From Minisyncoccota bacterium (GTDB lineage Bacteria; Patescibacteriota; Minisyncoccia; SW-4-49-11): a stretch of DNA of 64,000 nt. Of the stretch, positions 59,073 to 64,000 are shown piece after piece (the stretch's first letter is position 1; each line of letters opens with the position of its first letter). The notes below the pieces were generated by a model. That model did not search any database. It was not told the DNA's origin and saw only the letters and a program-made list of their open reading frames with translations. The translations under genes were made by a program, and so were the position numbers. The stretch spans positions 4,091 to 68,090 of the forward strand of contig JAULZW010000007.1 in the NCBI GenBank assembly GCA_032117235.1, in the 5' to 3' direction.

Positions 59073-61988
59073 TTATTGACAGGACTCGCAAATTTGACCT
59101 TCTATGACAGCAAAGATATTAGATTTCTCTGGCTGTGGAGGTAAATTCTCAAGAGATATTGATGAAGTTGAGATGGTAGTATTAAGATTAGGAACTTTAG
59201 TTGAATCTAATTCTATTGCACTTACCTCTACTGGTTGAGCTTCAGGCATACCCTGTTGCTCGATACTTGTATTTACTGTTGCTGTTGATTGACTAAAGTC
59301 TCGGCGATGAGTTGTCCCAAACTCATTAATATTAACTGTTGATTTTTCTACTTGGGATATAGCAAGAGTTCTTAGATAATAGGTTGTCTTTACTCCCATT
59401 TCCCATGCATACATATATACATCAGCAATCTCTTTACCAGACACTCCACGATAAAAAATATTAAGAGACTGACTTTGATCCATCCATTTACCTCTATAGG
59501 CCGCGGCTTTAATCAACCATTTTGGATCAATTTCAAATACCTCTTTATATTTAGCTCTCAGATTAGCTGGAATTTCGTTAATTTGAGCAATAGATCCATC
59601 AAAATATTTGATTTTATCAGCAATAATTGGATTCCATAAACCAATTTTTTTCAAATCTTCAATCAAATAAGAGTTAATAACAGTGAAGTCTCCAGCCTGA
59701 TTAGATTTGACATATAAATTCTTATAGATTGGTTCATTGGCTGGTACAGCATCAGTAATATTAGCTAAATTAGAAGTAGGAGCAATGGCCATAGTGTTAG
59801 AGTTACGCATACCATATTGCTTGATTGACTCTCTGACAACTGACCAATCTAATCGCTCTTTTCTATCTACTGGAATTTGCATTTCACGAGCTTGCTCTAA
59901 TAGTTGAATAGTATCTACTGGCAAAATTCCTCTATCCCATTTTGATCCCTTAAAGCTTTCATAAGCTCCTTTTTCTCGAGCTAATTGACTAGAAGCTAAG
60001 ATAGAATAGTATGAAATCACCTCCATAGATGAATCAGCAAACTGTACTGCCTGCTCTGAGTCAAAATTAATATCTAATTGATACAAAGCATCATGATATC
60101 CCATAATTCCAAGTCCAATCGGACGATGTCTCTTATTGGATACTTCACCTTCTTTAGTTGGATAAAAATTAATATTAACCACATTGTCTAACATTCTAAT
60201 CGCAATTGGCACTACTCTTGAGATTAACTCTTGATCAAAGCTTCCATCTTTGACAAAATACTTTAAGTTAAGAGAACCAAGATTACACACAGCTGTCTCA
60301 TCAGCTGAATTATTAAGCGTAATTTCAGTACAGAGATTAGAATTATGAATAACTCCTACATGATCTTGTGGTGAGCGAATATTAGAGGGATCTTTGAAGG
60401 TAATCCAAGGATGACCTGTCTCATATAACATAGTGATCATTTTTCGCCAAAGATCTTTAGCCTTCATCCGTCTAAACAACCTAATTTTACCTTCATCAGC
60501 TAGTCTCTCATAGTTCTTATAGGCAATATTAAATTCTTGTCCATAAATATGATGTAAATCTGGAGTCTCGTCTGGAGAAAATAATGTCCACTCTCCATCT
60601 TGACGAACTCGCTCCATAAATAAATCTGGAATCCAATTAGCAGTATTCATATCATGAGTACGGCGTCTTTCATCCCCAGTATTTTTTCTTAGCTCCAAAA
60701 AATCTTCTATATCTAGATGCCAAGTCTCGAGATAAACCACCGCAGCCCCTCGTCTTTTTCCACTACGATTAATAGCAGCTGTAGTATCATTAGCTACTTT
60801 AAGAAATGGAATGATACCCTGACTTTCTACTCCAGTACCTTTAATTAAGGCACCAATTCCTCTCAAGTTAGTAAAGTCAGTTCCTATTCCTCCAGACCAT
60901 TTTGACATCTGAGCATTATCTCCTATCACCTTAAAAATATGCCCTAAATCATCTTCTATAGTATTAAGATAACAAGAAGATAATTGAGGATGATTAGTAC
61001 CTGCATGAAATAAAGTTGGAGTAGATGGTACAAAATACATCTTAGACATAATTTCATAAAAATCTACTACTTTTTGCTCTCTAACTTCAGGTTTTTCAAC
61101 TAAAGCCAATCCCATAGCTACTCTCATCCAAAATCCCTGCGGAGTATCAAACATTCTCTTACTTACCGGATCTTTGATAAAATATCTATCATATAATGTC
61201 TGAATACCTAAGAATTTGAATAAATTATCTCTCTCAGGTTTGATTTTACTAGCTAACCATTCTAGATTATAGTCAAGCATATCCTTACTTAATATCCCCA
61301 CATTTACTGCAGCCTGAATATTATTAACAAAAGCTTCCTGATAAAGACTATCCAAATTTGAATAATCTAAATCTTCTCCAATAACTCCCTCATAAATAGT
61401 ATTTAGTAATAATCTTGCTGCCAATACTGAATAGGCAGGATCACGATCAATATAAGACCGTACTGTCATAACAATAATTTGTGAAATTTCCTTGGTTGTC
61501 ATCCCATCATAAATACTATTTTCAATTCCAGAAATAATTAAATTAACATCAATATCTTTTTCTAATCCTGCAAGATAATAAGATATTGTCTTATTAATAT
61601 TATATCTATTAAATGAAACCACCTCTCCAGAAGCTTTGCGTACTTTCAAAGTTGGATGAGCACCTTCTAATTTAGCCTGTTCTTCTCTACGGGCATCATC
61701 ATGAGCTTTGCGGTATAAAATATATCCTTTAGCTACATCATAAAAACCTCTTTCCATTAATTTGTTTTCTACAATATCCTGTACAATTTCAACACTAGGA
61801 TAATTATCAACAAATTGAGCATCAAGAGCTACTACTACTGATTCGGTAACTCCATCAACTTGTTTTGCCTCCTCGGCAGTAAAATTTTGTTTTACATCAA
61901 GAAATGCCTTACTAATTGCTTTCCAGATTTTTGCTTGATTAAATGCTACAGTTGAGCCATCTCTTTTGGTAATTTGTGTAACTGCCAT
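59073..61988 (-). CDS. nrdA: Ribonucleotide reductase class Ia alpha subunit with two ATP cones
   Basis: ITKRDG and VRKASG cones, SSCY, SNLCTEI, CNLGS, TTYYLR, CESCQ. Confidence 0.97.
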   Translation of the reverse strand: MAVTQITKRDGSTVAFNQAKIWKAISKAFLDVKQNFTAEEAKQVDGVTESVVVALDAQFVDNYPSVEIVQDIVENKLMERGFYDVAKGYILYRKAHDDARREEQAKLEGAHPTLKVRKASGEVVSFNRYNINKTISYYLAGLEKDIDVNLIISGIENSIYDGMTTKEISQIIVMTVRSYIDRDPAYSVLAARLLLNTIYEGVIGEDLDYSNLDSLYQEAFVNNIQAAVNVGILSKDMLDYNLEWLASKIKPERDNLFKFLGIQTLYDRYFIKDPVSKRMFDTPQGFWMRVAMGLALVEKPEVREQKVVDFYEIMSKMYFVPSTPTLFHAGTNHPQLSSCYLNTIEDDLGHIFKVIGDNAQMSKWSGGIGTDFTNLRGIGALIKGTGVESQGIIPFLKVANDTTAAINRSGKRRGAAVVYLETWHLDIEDFLELRKNTGDERRRTHDMNTANWIPDLFMERVRQDGEWTLFSPDETPDLHHIYGQEFNIAYKNYERLADEGKIRLFRRMKAKDLWRKMITMLYETGHPWITFKDPSNIRSPQDHVGVIHNSNLCTEITLNNSADETAVCNLGSLNLKYFVKDGSFDQELISRVVPIAIRMLDNVVNINFYPTKEGEVSNKRHRPIGLGIMGYHDALYQLDINFDSEQAVQFADSSMEVISYYSILASSQLAREKGAYESFKGSKWDRGILPVDTIQLLEQAREMQIPVDRKERLDWSVVRESIKQYGMRNSNTMAIAPTSNLANITDAVPANEPIYKNLYVKSNQAGDFTVINSYLIEDLKKIGLWNPIIADKIKYFDGSIAQINEIPANLRAKYKEVFEIDPKWLIKAAAYRGKWMDQSQSLNIFYRGVSGKEIADVYMYAWEMGVKTTYYLRTLAISQVEKSTVNINEFGTTHRRDFSQSTATVNTSIEQQGMPEAQPVEVSAIELDSTKVPNLNTTISTSSISLENLPPQPEKSNIFAVIEGQICESCQ

Positions 61989-62032
61989 ATCTGTATATAT
62001 TATATTTATCTATTATTATGAGCGGTAAAATT

Positions 62033-62061
62033 ATTATAGCAGATTTATTCTGTATATACAA
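62033..62061 (-). promoter_or_regulatory. nrdA promoter
   Basis: TTGTAT-17 nt-TATAAT with TG extension. Confidence 0.7.
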
Positions 62062-62066
62062 CTTTT

Positions 62067-62082
62067 ATACTATATATAGTAT
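62067..62082. promoter_or_regulatory. NrdR-box-like palindrome
   Basis: ATACTATATATAGTAT fits acaCwAtATaTwGtgt; 5 nt upstream of the -35. Confidence 0.55.
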
Positions 62083-62137
62083 AAAAAAGCTAATTTTTAC
62101 TACTATAAGCAAATTTTACTTATATTTTAAACAATAG

Positions 62138-62146
62138 TTATCCACA
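62138..62146 (+). promoter_or_regulatory. Perfect DnaA box
   Basis: TTATCCACA upstream of nrdA. Confidence 0.6.
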
Positions 62147-62229
62147 ACAATCAAAGTATAGCCTTAACAATTATTGTTAAATCCATACTTTGATTTCATC
62201 TTGATATTTATATAGTTATAAATAATATA

Positions 62230-62260
62230 CAAAAAAGAGCCCTTATTGGACTCTTTTTTG
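62230..62260 (-). terminator. Terminator after rplA
   Basis: CAAAAAAGAG..CTCTTTTTTG inverted repeat. Confidence 0.8.
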
Positions 62261-62282
62261 TAATTAAATTTACAAGTTTTAA

Positions 62283-62963
62283 CTATAATTTAATTTTAAT
62301 AGATGGACTTTGAGTAAGAGAAAGGTAAATATTTTTCACAAATTCACCTTTTACCTTTTCTGGCTGATGTTTTTGTACTTCTGCTACAAAATCTCTAATA
62401 TTTTTCTCTAATTCATCTGTACTAAAGGTAACATTACCAATAGCTTGATGAATAACACCAGTTTTATCCATTCTAAATTCTGACTTTCCAGCTTTAAATT
62501 CCTGCACCACTCTTTCCACATCATCCGTAACCGTACCATTTTTAGGAGATGGCATCAATCCTTTTGGACCTAAAATTTTAGCCACAGGAGCTACGAATCT
62601 CATAAAGTCAGTAGTGGCAATAATTACATCATAATCTATACCTCCAGCTTGCTTTATCTCATCAATAATCTCCTTCCCCCCAACTCTATCTGCTCCAGCT
62701 GTCTGAGCTTGTTTTAATTTAGATTCATCTTCTGTAAGCACTAAAACAGTTTTGCCTTTAGACACTGGTTTACTAAAAATAATACCTCCTCTAACTGACT
62801 GAGGACCTTTGGTCCCTTTAAGATTAGCCTTAATATGAACGTCTACACTTTCGGTGAATTTAGCTCTTGATAGACTTAAAACTAATTCAACTGCTTCTGT
62901 AAGTGGGTATACTTTTGTGCGGTCTATTTTTTCTAAAATATTGCGATATGATTTAGATCTCAT
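62283..62963 (-). CDS. rplA: 50S ribosomal protein L1
   Basis: KFTESVD, LGPKGLMPSPKNGTV. Confidence 0.97.
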   Translation of the reverse strand: MRSKSYRNILEKIDRTKVYPLTEAVELVLSLSRAKFTESVDVHIKANLKGTKGPQSVRGGIIFSKPVSKGKTVLVLTEDESKLKQAQTAGADRVGGKEIIDEIKQAGGIDYDVIIATTDFMRFVAPVAKILGPKGLMPSPKNGTVTDDVERVVQEFKAGKSEFRMDKTGVIHQAIGNVTFSTDELEKNIRDFVAEVQKHQPEKVKGEFVKNIYLSLTQSPSIKIKL

Positions 62964-62978
62964 AGTTATTGTAATTAT

Positions 62979-63017
62979 GTAGTACTAGCGAATATTATAA
63001 ATATAATACTCTCCTAC
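62979..63017 (-). promoter_or_regulatory. L1-binding autoregulatory site between rplK and rplA
   Basis: GTAGGAG-hairpin-CGCTAGTACTAC resembles the GUGGGAG..CGCUA..CCAC L1 site; overlaps the rplK stop. Confidence 0.65.
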
Positions 63018-63439
63018 TCTGTTATTTCGATTCCCATTGAACGAGCAGTTCCTTCTACTATTTTTGTGGCAGCTTCTAGATTAAAAGCATTCAAGTCTGG
63101 GAGCTTTTTCTCAGCAATCCCTGCTACTTGAGCTTTAGTCAATTTACCAACTTTAGTTTTATTAGGAGTAGCTGAACCTTTATTTAATTTCAACTCTTTT
63201 TTAATTAAAGCTGAAACTGGAGAGATTTTTAAGATAAACTCAAAGGTTCTATCTTCATAAATTGTAACTTCTACAGGTAGAACTTCTCCAATTTGGTCTC
63301 TAGTAGCATCATTGAACTTAATACAAAATTCTTGTAACTTAATTCCATGGGGGCCTAAAGCTGTTCCTACTGGTGGAGCTGGATTAGCTTGACCTCCTTT
63401 TACTTGTAGTTTAACTACTGATTTAACTGACTTACTCAT
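63014..63439 (-). CDS. rplK: 50S ribosomal protein L11
   Basis: ANPAPPVGTALG, GTARSMGI. Confidence 0.98.
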   Translation of the reverse strand: MSKSVKSVVKLQVKGGQANPAPPVGTALGPHGIKLQEFCIKFNDATRDQIGEVLPVEVTIYEDRTFEFILKISPVSALIKKELKLNKGSATPNKTKVGKLTKAQVAGIAEKKLPDLNAFNLEAATKIVEGTARSMGIEITE

Positions 63440-63594
63440 ACACTCTATTCCCTATTAGTACATAATATAAAATTAATTATATCATAAATATATTGTTTTG
63501 TGAAGAGTATATATGAGATTGTGGGAATTAGAGATATATTTAAAGGTGTTAAGTTAGTAATATATTTAATAAGAGATAAATCTATTATATAATA

Positions 63595-64000
63595 TTATCC
63601 CTTATTTTTCTGACAAGCTTTAATAAAACCCTTGAATAATGGATGTGAATCAAGTGGATGTGAAATTAATTCTGGATGAAATTGAGTTGCTATAAAGAAA
63701 GGATGGCTTGATAATTCTATTATCTCTATTAAATCATTATCTGTATTAATCCCTGCAATTGTCAAACCAGATTTTTCTAATAGTTCTCTATATGCATTAT
63801 TGACTTCATAGCGATGCCTATGTCTTTCTACAATTTGAGCTGAATTATATAGTTTACGAGTTAAGGTTTTTGGAGCTATATCACAACTATATTCTCCTAA
63901 TCTCATTGTACCTCCCATAACTCCTTCCTGTATATTAATATCTTGACCCTCCATAGTGGTGATAACTGGATTTTCTGTCTTGGCATCAATTTCAGTAGTA
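63595..64000 (-). CDS. pyrG: CTP synthase, C-terminal part (starts beyond the window)
   Basis: GGTMRLG, ERHRHRYEVN, QFHPE. Confidence 0.95.
   Translation of the reverse strand, partial: TTEIDAKTENPVITTMEGQDINIQEGVMGGTMRLGEYSCDIAPKTLTRKLYNSAQIVERHRHRYEVNNAYRELLEKSGLTIAGINTDNDLIEIIELSSHPFFIATQFHPELISHPLDSHPLFKGFIKACQKNKG

Noticed and set aside
62138-62146. Replication origin
   Set aside because: This is a single intergenic DnaA box with no cluster and no dnaA nearby. Another match at 11406-11414 is inside khpA coding sequence.

Overview
AT-rich (roughly 30% GC by eye) bacterial chromosome segment in genetic code 11. Gene content and order point to a Patescibacteria/CPR (Parcubacteria-like) organism. 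From left to right it holds a complete monoderm-type type IV pilus locus with divergent comF, then khpA-trmD, tRNA-Arg(GCG) and recG. Next comes a surface-polysaccharide locus interrupted by four self-contained genes for secreted proteins, three of them clearly GC-richer than the flanks. These are followed by rpmE-prfA-prmC, two coiled-coil peptidoglycan hydrolases, rplY, tRNA-Gln, gltX, tgt, recO, two tandem RNase J genes (one lacking catalytic residues), rpsP, VKOR, an orphan pilin, an M3 peptidase and SOD. The right end carries rplJL, Hsp20, PrsW, murB, DUF4012/GT4, a UvrD helicase-nuclease, class Ia nrdAB, rplKA and the 3' end of pyrG. The most unusual signals are four. (1) A four-unit array of promoter/signal-peptide ORF/terminator at 17.7-20.6 kb with foreign-looking coding sequence. 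(2) A 53-nt tRNA-like element between rpsP and the RNase J pair. (3) A multi-domain adhesin pilin missed by the ORF track. (4) A full-length Shine-Dalgarno sequence seen on only two genes. All family assignments come from motif recognition by eye; no database searches were run.
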